A stretch of 64,000 nucleotides of DNA from NCBI GenBank assembly GCA_964016885.1, contig OZ024761.1, positions 26,164,001 to 26,228,000 of the forward strand, read 5' to 3'. The DNA comes from Eledone cirrhosa. Taxonomy: Eukaryota. The position numbers and the translations under genes are program-made. The notes beneath the pieces were generated by a model, which was not told the origin of the DNA, searched no databases, and worked only from the letters and a program-made list of their open reading frames with translations. Positions 1 to 13,350 of the stretch are shown piece after piece; the stretch's first letter is position 1; the number at the start of each line of letters is the position of its first letter.

Positions 1-115
1 TATATATAATATATATATATTTAATAAATATAGGCACACATTCATATGTATGTAGGTATATATACATATATAATATATATATATTTAATAAATATAGGCA
101 CAAATGCGTATGTAA

Positions 116-164
<49 letters not shown>

Positions 165-1107
165 ATACATATATATATATATATATATTATAAATACATA
201 TATGGTTATTTTTTTACCACCTTATTAAAGTTTCAAGTTGTAACGTTCTACGGTTTTAACGTTTTAACGTTGTATTGTTGTAATGTTCAAAGTTTCATTA
301 TCACATCGTAAAATCGTATCATATCATATAATATTGATTCTTTGTAGTTTTAACACTTCCTTACAAACAGCGCTTGTTGTAATAATGGGCAAACGAACAT
401 CTCAAAACAGTATTTTCTGGAATATAATAAATGGTATTTTTCTTCCATTCTTCACATATGTTTATCATATGTTTCTTTTCTTTTTTCTAGAACATTCTTT
501 GAAGATTTCTTCGTTTGGTTAACATTCTCGTTGCGTTGTTTGTGGTTGTCGTTTTACTAGTTGCTGAGGATTGTTTTAATGTTGGCGGTTGTTGTAAACA
601 CACACATGTATTTATATATTCATAAATGGATGCATATACTTAAATACACCGTCCCCGAACACGCACACGCACACGCTCACACAGGGACACGTTTATGTAA
701 ACGTACATATATAAGCATATATTTATACATACACAAACATACATAATTTGGCGGTTGTTGAAAACGCACACATGTAAACATATATGGATGCATATACTTA
801 CATCCTTCTAATAGACACGCACACACATAAAAACACTCATCTATATGTAAACCTACATATATAAGTTGAAAAATACATACACAAAACATACAAACACACA
901 TACAAACACACGAAAAACCGGTTCCCTTCCCCTCGCCAGCATCGGCACACACGCACGCCCGCCCGCACGCACGTGTAATTCATTGATACATATAAAAAGA
1001 CAGCTAATTTTACTTATCTTAACACGTGCTAATGATCACACACACTCATACACACACACACATACACACACTGTGAGAAAAACCACACACCCTCCATCTC
1101 AACTCTA

Positions 1108-1155
1108 CTTTTGAAAAGCAGAAGAACTGCGAAACCGGTAAAGGAACCAAATAAA
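1108..1155 (+). ncRNA. Degenerate minimal hammerhead-like motif (Penelope-like terminus relic)
   Basis: CTT-TTGAAAA-GCAG-aagaa-CTGC-GAAA-CCGG-TA-AAG, then AATAAA. Stems I/II/III pair, but the core has two mismatches to CTGANGA. Confidence 0.5.
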
Positions 1156-1296
1156 TATATATATATTTTTTTAAATAAGACTCCAGTTGCATTTTCGATT
1201 TCATCTTTTTTTCTTTATAATTTCACTCGTGTAGGACACCTCGGTTATTTTTCATTTCGTAAAAAAAACCTCCCTTTCTAATATATATATATATCC

Positions 1297-1418
1297 CGGA
1301 TTCAATCAGGAATAACCACAGTAAGTAAGGTACTCAATACATAGTAGAGTATAAATATTTAATCATCCGGAAAGACCTCGTGATTTCCTTCGAATAAACA
1401 GTTCTATTCCTCTAGAAG

Positions 1419-1420
<2 letters not shown>
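1297..1420. mobile_element. Short repeat (family P2), probable Penelope-like terminal fragment in (TA)n
   Basis: 1300-1360 is the reverse complement of ~15870-15935, while 1385-1418 matches 15824-15860 directly. Flanked by (TA)n. Confidence 0.55.
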
Positions 1421-1456
<36 letters not shown>

Positions 1457-1904
1457 TTGGAAATTTAGTAAAATCGAATCTCTGGCGGTTTGCAAGTAAA
1501 TTCGGCCTACTTATATGAAATGATGAGTTAGCAAAGCACTCGATAAGGTAGGGCCTTAGAGTAATAACATACGTTTAAATAGCTTGACAAATCGAACATT
1601 GTGGTAGGCAAATCTAACACACAATACAATACCAAAGTAACGATAGAACTAACAGGTTGAGAAAAATACACCTGGACAAATCAAACGATTAATCGTTCAA
1701 AGTGTTTCTTTGAATCCGAAATCAAATATCAGACTTACGTGACTGGCAAGCTCGTGGTATTCATGATCGAACAGAGGATTCAGTTTTTCAACAGGATTTT
1801 CGTTCTACCCAGAACTGGGGTGATGGGCTAAATGTTGCTGCTAAATGCGGCGTATCGTATCTATAGCTGTCACGTTAATTCTAGCATATATATATATATA
1901 TGGT

Positions 1905-2190
1905 GGAGGCACGTGGCTTAGTGGTAAGGGTGTTGAACTTACGATCATAATGTCGTGGGTTCGATTCCTGGATTGCGTGTTGTGTTCTTGAGCAAAACAC
2001 TTCATTTGACGTTACTCCAATATACTCAGCTGAAAATGAGTACCAGCAATAGCTGGAGGTTTAACCCTGCGATGGACTGGCGTCCTGTCCAGGGAGGAGT
2101 CTTGTACTCTCAGTCGCTTCACGCCATGAAACCGGGATACGCACCGGCCAAATGAGCCTTCTGGCTTAAGACAGACTTTAGACTTTTAGA
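1905..2190 (+). mobile_element. tRNA-derived SINE family A, full length
   Basis: A box TGGCTTAGTGG, B box GGTTCGATTCC, body TGTGTTCTTGAGCAAAACACTT...CCCTGCGATGGACTGGCGTCCTGTCCAGGG, GACTTTA-repeat tail. Closely similar to 44501-44783. Confidence 0.9.
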
Positions 2191-2234
2191 TATATATTAT
2201 TTTTTTCACACACACACATTTATATATATATATC

Positions 2235-2489
2235 TAGGGAGTGTAACTTGGAGTTACTGTAGGTTCACCCGGGTGAGCACTCGATTAGGTTCACTTCTGT
2301 GTTGAGGTGTAGAGCTATATAGAGTGTAATATATTAAAAGGATAACAAGGACGATTGGTTACTCCTTCATTACATTTATTGGTAGGTGACGCGCGTTTCG
2401 CCACTGATCAGCTCAAGATTCGATCTGTATCGATCTTACCCGACTCTATAATCGGCAGCTCGACTGACCCTTTAAGATGCTAGTAGAAA

Positions 2490-2490
<1 letters not shown>
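2235..2490 (-). mobile_element. Penelope-like terminal fragment (family P3) with decayed long-stem-II hammerhead at 2385-2469
   Basis: Minus strand reads GGT-CAGTCGA-GCTGCCGAT...ATCAGTGGC-GAAA-CGCGCG-TC-ACC, then AATAAA. Homologous to 5292-5665. Flanked by (TA)n. Confidence 0.65.
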
Positions 2491-2523
<33 letters not shown>

Positions 2524-2696
2524 TAGTTAGTTAGTTGGTATGTACTGAACGTAGCTAAAGTCACATTCTGAGAGAGACACACACACAGGCAGGATATGTG
2601 TATACACAAACATATGTACACACTATACCAACCAAACACAATAATTATTGTTTACGAATGCTTTGTTTATGATGAATGTATGACACTAATACTTGC

Positions 2697-2882
2697 GATG
2701 GATTGGCAGTATCGGTAGAGAGTTGGACGCCATGCTTTGCAGTATAGCGTTACGGCACTTTACGGTCATAGTTCAAATCCCGCCGAGGTTAACTTTGCCG
2801 TTCATCCTTACGGGGTCGATAAAATAAAGTACCAGTAATGTACTGGGGTAATTGCTGGCCTTGTGCCAAAAGTAGAAACAAT
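2697..2882 (+). mobile_element. tRNA-derived SINE family B
   Basis: TGGCAGTATCGG A box, GTTCAAATCC B box, core GAGGTTAACTTTGCC..TCATCCTTACGGGGTCGATAAAATAAAGTACCAG. Many copies in the window. Confidence 0.88.
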
Positions 2883-2989
2883 TGTTACTAGATGTTCAAG
2901 AGCAGTAGATTGACAGCAATCGGTAGAGCATCAGACAACATTCTTTGTGACAAATAGTCACGTCCCCTTACGTTCTGAGTTTAGATAAA

Positions 2990-3083
2990 TGTTTCTACTT
3001 TCGGCAGCAATTACTCCCAGTGCATTACTGGTGTTTTATTTCATCGACCCCTTAAGGAGAAAAGGCAAAGTTAACCTCGACGG
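2990..3083 (-). mobile_element. SINE family B, 3' half
   Basis: Reverse complement of the family B core and tail. Confidence 0.8.
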
Positions 3084-3109
3084 GAAATAACGCCGATTTC
3101 TCAGTAACA

Positions 3110-3590
3110 ATATTGAAATTATTTCATGCAAGATTTCACAGCTCTACCATCACTCCTTAAGAGGCTGCCCAAGACACGCTCATGAATGATCAAATGAGGT
3201 TTATTTTTCAACATTGTCCCTGGAAAAAATAATGCATTTATTAATATGAAGAGTTGAAATTAGTGAATGCAAGCTTTCACAGCTCTAGCATCACTCCTTC
3301 ATAATCAAACTATGAACTTTTAAACCAACTCTCGTACATGATATTAACGTTAATAGCTGCATTGTTTCTCTCCAGGGACTATGTTGAAAAATAAACCTCA
3401 TTTGGTCATTCCATGAGTGTATCTTGGTCAGCCTATAAAGGAGTGATGCTAGGGTTGTGAAATCTTGCATGAAATAATTGCAATCCTTCTTATTAATAAC
3501 TACATTGTTTCTCTCCAGGGACTATGTTGAAAAATAAACCTCATTTGGTCATTCCATGAGAGTATCTTAGTCAACTTATGAGCATCTTAG
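3110..3590. mobile_element. Cluster of Tc1/mariner-type MITE fragments (inverted and tandem)
   Basis: Repeated CCAGGGACTATGTTGAAAAATAAACCTCATTTGGTCATTCCATGAG in both orientations. TIR-like end ...ATGAACTTTTAAACCAACTCTCGTA resembles the mariner TA-CGAGGG end. Confidence 0.7.
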
Positions 3591-3934
3591 CCGAAACTCT
3601 AAGGGTGAATATACCTTTGATCAAACAACTGAAACATTCATCGTCGAACCTGGCGGAGATCCATTCAATTTGCCAACAGGAAGGTGTATGATGTGTGAGA
3701 GAGGGGTGTAGTGGGCTTGTAGGTGTGAAGTAGGATGATAACATCCACCGATCAACTCTATATCATCAATATAATCGATTTTTAAAGTTGCTAAACAGTA
3801 ATGATTTATTACTAAGATAACGCGCTTCCTGTAATCTGTATCTTCTGCATGTTTGCGCGGGAAAGCACACGAACACGTCTGTGTGTGTACTTTTATATAT
3901 ATATATATAATATGTAAGTAAATATATTATATAT

Positions 3935-4150
3935 AGGAAAAGAGTCAGGACCCCGACAGCAGAGCTCCGGCCATTTCGCCAGCTAGATCCGAACTTACGT
4001 AAATGGCCAAAACTCTATACCGCAAGCATATCATCTGACGCACTACAGGTTACTTCCAATCCACAAATGCTCTCAACAATAGCTTAGAAACACGGCTGAA
4101 TGTCCTCCAATGGGCGGATCATTCATTAAAGAAAGAAGTATCTTCTTCTT
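3935..4150 (-). repeat. Composite repeat (unique segment + SINE B head + Penelope-like end), copy 1
   Basis: Reverse complement aligns collinearly with 15200-15450. Confidence 0.75.
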
Positions 4151-4229
4151 AGTTTTCTTTTTTTTTCTTCAGCGATCCTTTCCTGAGACATTTTAACCAC
4201 ATATCGATGATATCGGAACTCTGATCTCT

Positions 4230-4640
4230 CAATTCGGAGAAATAGCGAATCTACCTGCAGTGACTCTCTGATCTCCGAGCTGCGCAAAGACCCCCTCGGT
4301 CGTTTTTATTCGCGATTCTATTGTTTCTGTCATTAACCAATATTGACAAACATAGGTAATGGTTGGTACGAATACCGAATTGAAGTTAGCGAATTTGGCT
4401 TTTATGCCTACCACCTTTCTTATTATTTTCGATTGTTGAAACTGGCGCATTACTGCACCAGCTCCGGCAATTTTTGCATTTAATGCAACCTCCTGCATTC
4501 TATCACTCGTGAACGCAGCCCTGAGATCTATGAACTTCTCTAACTGCTTCAGTGAAATTCCATTCATGTGTAGAGTGCACTGCGCAGGATTCCTTGAGAG
4601 GACAATTGACGCAGTTTTCTCGGCACTGATTTTCATTCCA
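4230..4640 (-). pseudogene. RTE-clade (Rex3/Expander-like) LINE reverse-transcriptase C-terminal fragment, decayed
   Basis: GMKISAEKTASIVLSR...LKQLEKFIDL...AKIAGAGAVMRQ...KAKFANFNSVFVPTITY..YWLMTETIESRI matches the RTE pattern GMxISxxKSExMVLSR...V.EFKYLG...RIG.A..VMR...K..IY.SI.VPTLTYG.E.W..TE. Confidence 0.8.
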
Positions 4641-5106
4641 GCCAGTACGTTACCGATAGTGTTTATCAACAAATGTTGTAAATAATAGTTTAAAAAACGG
4701 GTAAAATTTCTCCAATTGACGGATGATTCATAAAAGAAAGAATTATATTCGATTTCTTTCTATGCTATTATTTTACGCAATCGACGGTGGCTGCAGTTAA
4801 TTTCTGCGTTTGAGATTTTTACATTTTTCTCAGAATATATAGAGAGATATAACGATATTTGCGTAGGAGACATATTTGCACACTCTGCATAAATTTATTG
4901 AGAAAACAAAAATCAGTTACTCTTGCAAAAAATTAATGCAAACAAGAATTATATTTCTGTCTATTATTGATATTCTAATCAATAAATTTCTGAATATTAA
5001 ATGAAAACACTAAATAGTAGACATAATGATAGAGAAGAGAAAACGAGAATAAAAAATAATATTCACCATTTTTTTCTCTCTGCTAATATTTATATATTTC
5101 ATAGAT

Positions 5107-5278
5107 ACAAGGGTGGGTTGATTATGAAATAGTGATGCTAGAGCTGTGAAATCTTACATGCGTTAATTTCAAACCTTCTTATTAATAACTGCATTGTTAT
5201 ATTCTAGGGACTATGTTCAAATATAAACCTCATTTGGTCATTCCATGAGAGTATCTTCATCAGTCTGTGACTTTTCAA
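5107..5278 (+). mobile_element. Mariner-type MITE copy
   Basis: TACAAGGGTGGGTTGA start and the same internal sequence as 3355-3580. Confidence 0.7.
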
Positions 5279-5291
5279 TATATATACACAC

Positions 5292-5662
5292 AGGGAGTGT
5301 AACGCGGAGTTATCGTAGGTTCATCCGGGTGAGCACTCGATGTTTAGGTTCACGTCAGTATCGAGATGTAGAGCTAGACAGTATAGATTAATAATGGCTT
5401 CTTATATAGGCACAAGACCAGCACTTATCCCAGTGTATTACTGGTACTTTATTTTATCGATTCCGTAAGGATGAAAGGCAAAGTTATACAAGGCCGAATG
5501 GCTACTCCTTCATTACGTTCATTGGTCATTACTACCACAGAGGTCCGACGAGCTATTGAATCAAGAGTCGGGCTAGATCGATACAATTCGAACCATGAGC
5601 TGATCAGTAGCAAAACGCGCGTCACCAACCAATAAACATAATGAAGTAAACATTCGTCCTCG

Positions 5663-5665
<3 letters not shown>
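5292..5665. mobile_element. Penelope-like family P3 copy 2 (inverted arrangement), interrupted by a SINE B fragment at ~5393-5487, with hammerhead relic at 5542-5626 (+)
   Basis: 5292-5378 matches 2236-2320 directly and 5542-5665 matches 2345-2469 inverted. Motif GGT-CCGACGA-GCTATTGA...TCAGTAGC-AAAA-CGCGCG-TC-ACC, then AATAAA. Confidence 0.7.
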
Positions 5666-5712
<47 letters not shown>

Positions 5713-5720
<8 letters not shown>

Positions 5721-5866
5721 TAAAATAACAGATTAAAGTTTAAGCAAAGAATCGCTGCTTTCACCCTTAACGGGATCTTCTGAAACTAATTAGTTTCCGA
5801 AGATCCCGTTAAGGGTGAAAGCAGCGATTCTTTGATTAAACTTCAATCTGTTATTTTAATAAATAT
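5713..5866. repeat. ~150-bp near-perfect palindrome with hammerhead-like relic in each arm
   Basis: Centre GAAACTAATTAGTTTC. Arms contain C(C/A)GAAGA-T-CCC-gttaa-GGG-T-GAAA. Abuts (TA)n. Confidence 0.9.
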
Positions 5867-5959
5867 TTGCTCTATGGTTGTTATGTATATTTGATATATA
5901 TTTATCCTTATCGAGCCCTCTTTGGATTTTAGTCTTCAAATTTATTATTATTATTACTA

Positions 5960-6060
5960 TTGAGGTTGACTTTGCCTTTCATCCTTACGGGGTCGATAAA
6001 ATAAAGTACCAGTAATGCACTGCGTAATTGCTGGCCTTGTGCCAAAAAGTAGAAACACTT
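5960..6060 (+). mobile_element. SINE family B, 3' half
   Basis: Family B core and tail. Confidence 0.8.
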
Positions 6061-6095
6061 ATTACTATATATATAAAGAGAGATAAACACACACA

Positions 6096-6190
6096 TACAA
6101 GGGTTGGCTGAATGTTCATAAACTGCCTATGAAGGAGAGATACTAGAGCTGTGAAATCTTGCATTGTCAGCCTATGAACGTTTCAGCATA
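6096..6190 (+). mobile_element. Internally deleted mariner-type MITE
   Basis: TACAAGGGTTGGCTGAATGTTCATA start and ...CAGCCTATGAACGTTTCAGC inverted end. Confidence 0.65.
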
Positions 6191-6566
6191 TGGACCTCCA
6201 ACTGTTTCGACGATGAGTCTTCCAGTTCTTCGATCAATGTTCTATATACCTACGAAGAAATACTGTACACTAACAAATGTTCACTCATATGGCATTTTCC
6301 ATACTCTAGAGTTTTTTAGGGGCCATGCCGTGCAGAGTGTTAGACAGGAAAACCCGAATTCTAGCATCATTCGTTCATAGTCAGCCTCTGAATATTTCAT
6401 AAGCAGTGAATTGGCAGAGTCGTTAGAGCGTCGGATAGAATGATTGTTTCTTACTGTCATCCAAAAAATTACGTACAGCTAAGTTAGTCATGTGGTTAGA
6501 CGTGTACTCTACTCAGTATTCAGAGCACTTTGTTAGGGATCGCTTAGCCTAAGATTGTAGCCTGTT

Positions 6567-6632
6567 GGCAGGCCGGACAAAAATTCTTCGCGCGCCGCAT
6601 GTGGCCCGCGGGCCAGGGGTTGCCGAGCCCTA
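6567..6632. mobile_element. hAT (Charlie-like) transposon terminal fragment
   Basis: GCCGCATGTGGCCCGCGGGCCAGGGGTTGCCGAGCCCTA resembles typical hAT-Charlie subterminal/TIR sequence. Confidence 0.65.
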
Positions 6633-6765
6633 ATCTATATGATGACTTGCCCGGGGAGCTAAATAACCTATGTATCAAATTTGAACAACATCGGATGGAA
6701 ACTGTCGAAATGCATCGCCTACATACAGACAGACGGATATTCGCCTTTTTATATACTACATAGAT
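6633..6765 (+). mobile_element. Non-autonomous Helitron/Helentron-like 3' portion
   Basis: TATGTATCAAATTTGAACAACATCGG...ACATACAGACAGACGGATATTCGCCTTTTTATATACTA..TAGAT resembles HINE/DINE-1-like ends. Recognised from memory only. Confidence 0.5.
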
Positions 6766-6971
6766 TGTATACATTTTTTTTTTCTCGCATTTACTTCAAG
6801 CACATAAAGCATTACTACATATGACATTAGAAACGTCCATTAAATACGGTCCTTCTTTTGCAATGGCGTTTATTGGCGAGGATTCGTTAGAAATTTATTT
6901 TATTGTAGAATGACAGATATTAATGAATCTATCTTCATGGAGAAATATTCAATATAATAATGATAATGATC

Positions 6972-7005
<34 letters not shown>

Positions 7006-7215
7006 GCCTAATAATAATGATGATGTTAATCATGATGATGGTGATGGTGGTGGTGGTGGTGGTGGTATCGAAATGTAGTCTGTGAATATTGAATATTGTT
7101 GTATGATATTATGGAGAGAAAATATACACGCACACATATACCTATATACCTACATACATACATACACAATAAATAAATAGATAGATAGAAACGTACGTAG
7201 TTACGTGTGTGCGCG

Positions 7216-7247
<32 letters not shown>

Positions 7248-7559
7248 TAATATATATATACACGCACAGTGAGAAAGAGAGCTATGTGCGCCAGACTGTG
7301 TGTGTATGTATATGTGTATATGTAAATTTTATATACATATATATGTGTTTGTGTCAGTGGAAAATGTGGCATAAAGACAGAGAGAGATTGAGAGAGAGAG
7401 AATGTAATATATATATATATATATAAATATATTATATATATATAAATATATAATATATATATATAAATATATATATATAAATATATAAATATATATATAT
7501 AAATATATAAATATATAATATATATATATAAATATATAAATATATATATATATATATAA

Positions 7560-7656
<97 letters not shown>

Positions 7657-7658
<2 letters not shown>

Positions 7659-7828
7659 CGGTGGTTTGGCAGCATCGGTAGAGCGTCAGACACCATGTTT
7701 TGCGGCATAGTTATGGCCCTTTGTGTTCTTAGTTTAAATCCGCCGAGGTTAACTTTGCCTTTTATCCTTACGAGGTCGATAAAATAAAGTACCAGTGGTG
7801 CACTGGGGTAATCGCTGGCCTTGTGCCA
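7657..7828 (+). mobile_element. SINE family B, near full length
   Basis: GGCGGTGGTTTGGCAGCATCGG head plus core and tail. Confidence 0.88.
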
Positions 7829-7924
7829 ACAGTATATATATATATATATATAAATACATACATATTCATAACACACATATAGATATATTCATATATTTCC
7901 ATAACATATATATATATATATATA

Positions 7925-8033
7925 ATTGTTTCTACTTTAGGCACAAGGCCAGCAATTACCCAGTGCATTACTGGTACTTTATTTTATCGACCGCGTAGGA
8001 TGAAAGGCAAAGTTAACCTCGGCGGATTTAAAC
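7925..8033 (-). mobile_element. SINE family B, 3' half, inverted relative to 7657-7828
   Basis: Reverse complement of core and tail. Confidence 0.85.
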
Positions 8034-8052
8034 TATTATATATATATATATA

Positions 8053-8212
8053 TAATAGGAACCAGTAAGACCCCGACGGCTGAGCTCAAGCCGTTTTGAC
8101 GGCTAATTCTGGAGTCCAGAATTAGCCGTCGAAACGGCTTGAGCTCAGCCGTCGGGGTCTTACTGGTTCCTATTACCCACTCTACTACCCTAAGTATTGA
8201 GTACTTTGGTGC
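8053..8212. repeat. 123-bp palindrome (8053-8175) plus tail, Penelope-like terminal family P1
   Basis: Arms are perfect except one mismatch around centre G8114. The tail CCCACTCTACTACCCTAAGTATTGAGTACT recurs at ~27490 and ~29337. Lies in (TA)n. Confidence 0.88.
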
Positions 8213-8226
8213 GTTATATATATATA

Positions 8227-8282
<56 letters not shown>

Positions 8283-8379
8283 TATATTTCCATAACATAT
8301 AGATATATATATTCATATATTTTCATAACATACACATATATATATATTCAAGTATTTTCATAACATACATATATATATA

Positions 8380-8443
<64 letters not shown>

Positions 8444-8704
8444 TATATTTTCATAACATACATATATATATATATATATATATAGATAGATAGATATGAG
8501 TGAGATAGAGAGAGATAGCGACAGAAATCAGAATGTCGCTGTGAAGCTATATCATATATTCCATAAAGGTTTATGTAACAACATTTTAAATATTCAAATG
8601 GTTTTTACATTTTTCTACATTACAAAATAAACTATGTCTGTTTATGTATAAGTGTGAATTAACGTGTATGTGTAGGAATACACACACACACATGTGTGTG
8701 TGCG

Positions 8705-8735
<31 letters not shown>

Positions 8736-8791
8736 GTGCGTGGGTTCAACTTAAAAAAATACGTTCAAACAGATACACATAAGAATTCAAT

Positions 8792-8823
<32 letters not shown>

Positions 8824-8877
8824 GTGTGTGTGTGTGACTGTTTGAACGAGTTTTTTCAAGGTGATTTTGTGGTTTTA

Positions 8878-8938
<61 letters not shown>

Positions 8939-8984
8939 GATATGTGTGTGATTGAATTTTTATAATTGTGTGTGCATGGCTGTG

Positions 8985-11730
<2,746 letters not shown>

Positions 11731-11915
11731 TATATGAATATATGCATGTGTTTCTCAGCATGTTTATAGATACATGTCCTCCTGCCTCAATATGTGTATA
11801 TGTGTATATAGTTTTCTGCGGGTATATCGATGACGTATTAGAGGTTTTATTTAAGAGCCAATATTCATTTATCACATAGAAATATCCCGCCCACACACAC
11901 TTATATATGTCTCTG

Positions 11916-11962
<47 letters not shown>

Positions 11963-12039
11963 TTTATGTATATGTATGCATCTATGTATATATATGTTTG
12001 TATGTATATATATTTATATATATATATATATATAAATAT

Positions 12040-12270
12040 ATGTGCCCACATACTCAAACATATATAAACATATATATATGTGTATATATATTTATATATA
12101 TATATAAATATATGTCCCCACATACTCAAACATATATAAACATATATATATGTGTATATATATTTATATATATATATAAATATATGTCCCCACATACTCA
12201 AACATATATAAACATATATATATGGATATATATATTTATATATATATATGTGTCCCCACATACTCACACA
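12040..12270 (+). repeat. ~70-bp tandem repeat, about 3.5 copies
   Basis: Recurring TGT(C/G)CCCACATACTCA(A/C)ACATA. Confidence 0.85.
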
Positions 12271-12281
12271 TAAACATATAA

Positions 12282-12332
<51 letters not shown>

Positions 12333-12528
12333 GTGTGTGTGAGAGAGAATTACATACATAGATACAAATTTTTCAAAGGCAATGATTACACATAATACAT
12401 TACGTATATTTATGTACATAGATTCTTAATAAAATGAAAAAAATTCAATACGGTTATCTCCCCTTTCATCCCACAACCCCTACAGTTTCCATCATATATC
12501 ATTGATTAAGACATATCCTTCCCATCAG

Positions 12529-12590
12529 GTTTAGCTTCCTCTCCATTCAATGTGTGCTGCCAGCATGTGAAATAAAATTTGTTTCAAGTC
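12529..12590 (+). CDS. Candidate internal exon (phase 2 to 1), unknown product
   Basis: ccttcccatcAG acceptor and GTATGT donor, open frame FSFLSIQCVLPACEIKFVSS. The donor coincides with the start of a microsatellite. No homology recognised. Confidence 0.2.
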
Positions 12591-12889
12591 GTATGTATGT
12601 ATATATGTATGGACATATGTATTTATTTATGCATGTATGTATGTACGTACGTATATATATATGGACTTATGTATCTAGTTATTTATCTATGTATGGATGG
12701 ACCTATGTATTTATGTATGTATATATGTATGTATGGAAATATGTATCTATTTATGTATGCATGTATGATGCATATATAGATATAGATATATGTGTGTGTG
12801 TATGTGTGTGTGTTCATCTATATATGTATATATGTAAATATATGGGATATATAAATAGGTATTATATAATTATGTATATGTATTATATT

Positions 12890-12944
<55 letters not shown>

Positions 12945-13125
12945 GGTAGGTATGCAAATTCATAGGACTTTCATCTGCGCCTCGCAATCTCTCTCTCTCT
13001 TTATATATATATATATATATATATAAATGAAGTAATTCCGTCGGAACAGTCCAGGAAAAAAGAGTGCTCTATGTAGGTAACAGAGCTTAATAGTTATGTA
13101 ATAAACAACATAAGGCAATTATTCC

Positions 13126-13177
13126 ATTTACCAGTGGTTTCTTAAAAGCAAAAAGTTTTTCTTTCAATCATCAGAAT
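13126..13177 (-). ncRNA. Minimal type I hammerhead ribozyme, intact core
   Basis: Minus strand: ATT-CTGATGA-TTGAAAGAAAAAC-TTTTTGCTTTTAA-GAAA-CCACTGG-TA-AAT. Confidence 0.7.
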
Positions 13178-13237
13178 GAAAAAATCCTGGTCTGTTTATT
13201 GAAAAACCAAATTCAAGAAACAGATCAGGATATTTTA

Positions 13238-13289
13238 ATTCTGATGATTGAAAGCAACATTTTTTGCTTTTAAGAAACCACTGGTAAAT
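13238..13289 (+). ncRNA. Minimal type I hammerhead ribozyme, intact core, predicted GUA cleavage after 13286
   Basis: ATT-CTGATGA-TTGAAAGCAA-catttt-TTGCTTTTAA-GAAA-CC-act-GG-TA-AAT: 3-bp stem I, 10-bp stem II, short stem III. Confidence 0.75.
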
Positions 13290-13318
13290 GGAATATTTGC
13301 CTTATGTTGTTTATTACA

Positions 13319-13350
<32 letters not shown>

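Larger units (their letters stand above)
13090..13325. repeat. ~235-bp imperfect palindrome (Penelope-like inverted terminus)
   Basis: Arms TAGTTATGTAATAAACAACATAAGGCAA... and ...TTGCCTTATGTTGTTTATTACATAACTA with a ~10-nt spacer. Flanked by (TA)n. Confidence 0.9.

Noticed and set aside
1905-1972. tRNA gene
   Set aside because: The tRNA-like head continues into a SINE body and recurs in decayed copies.
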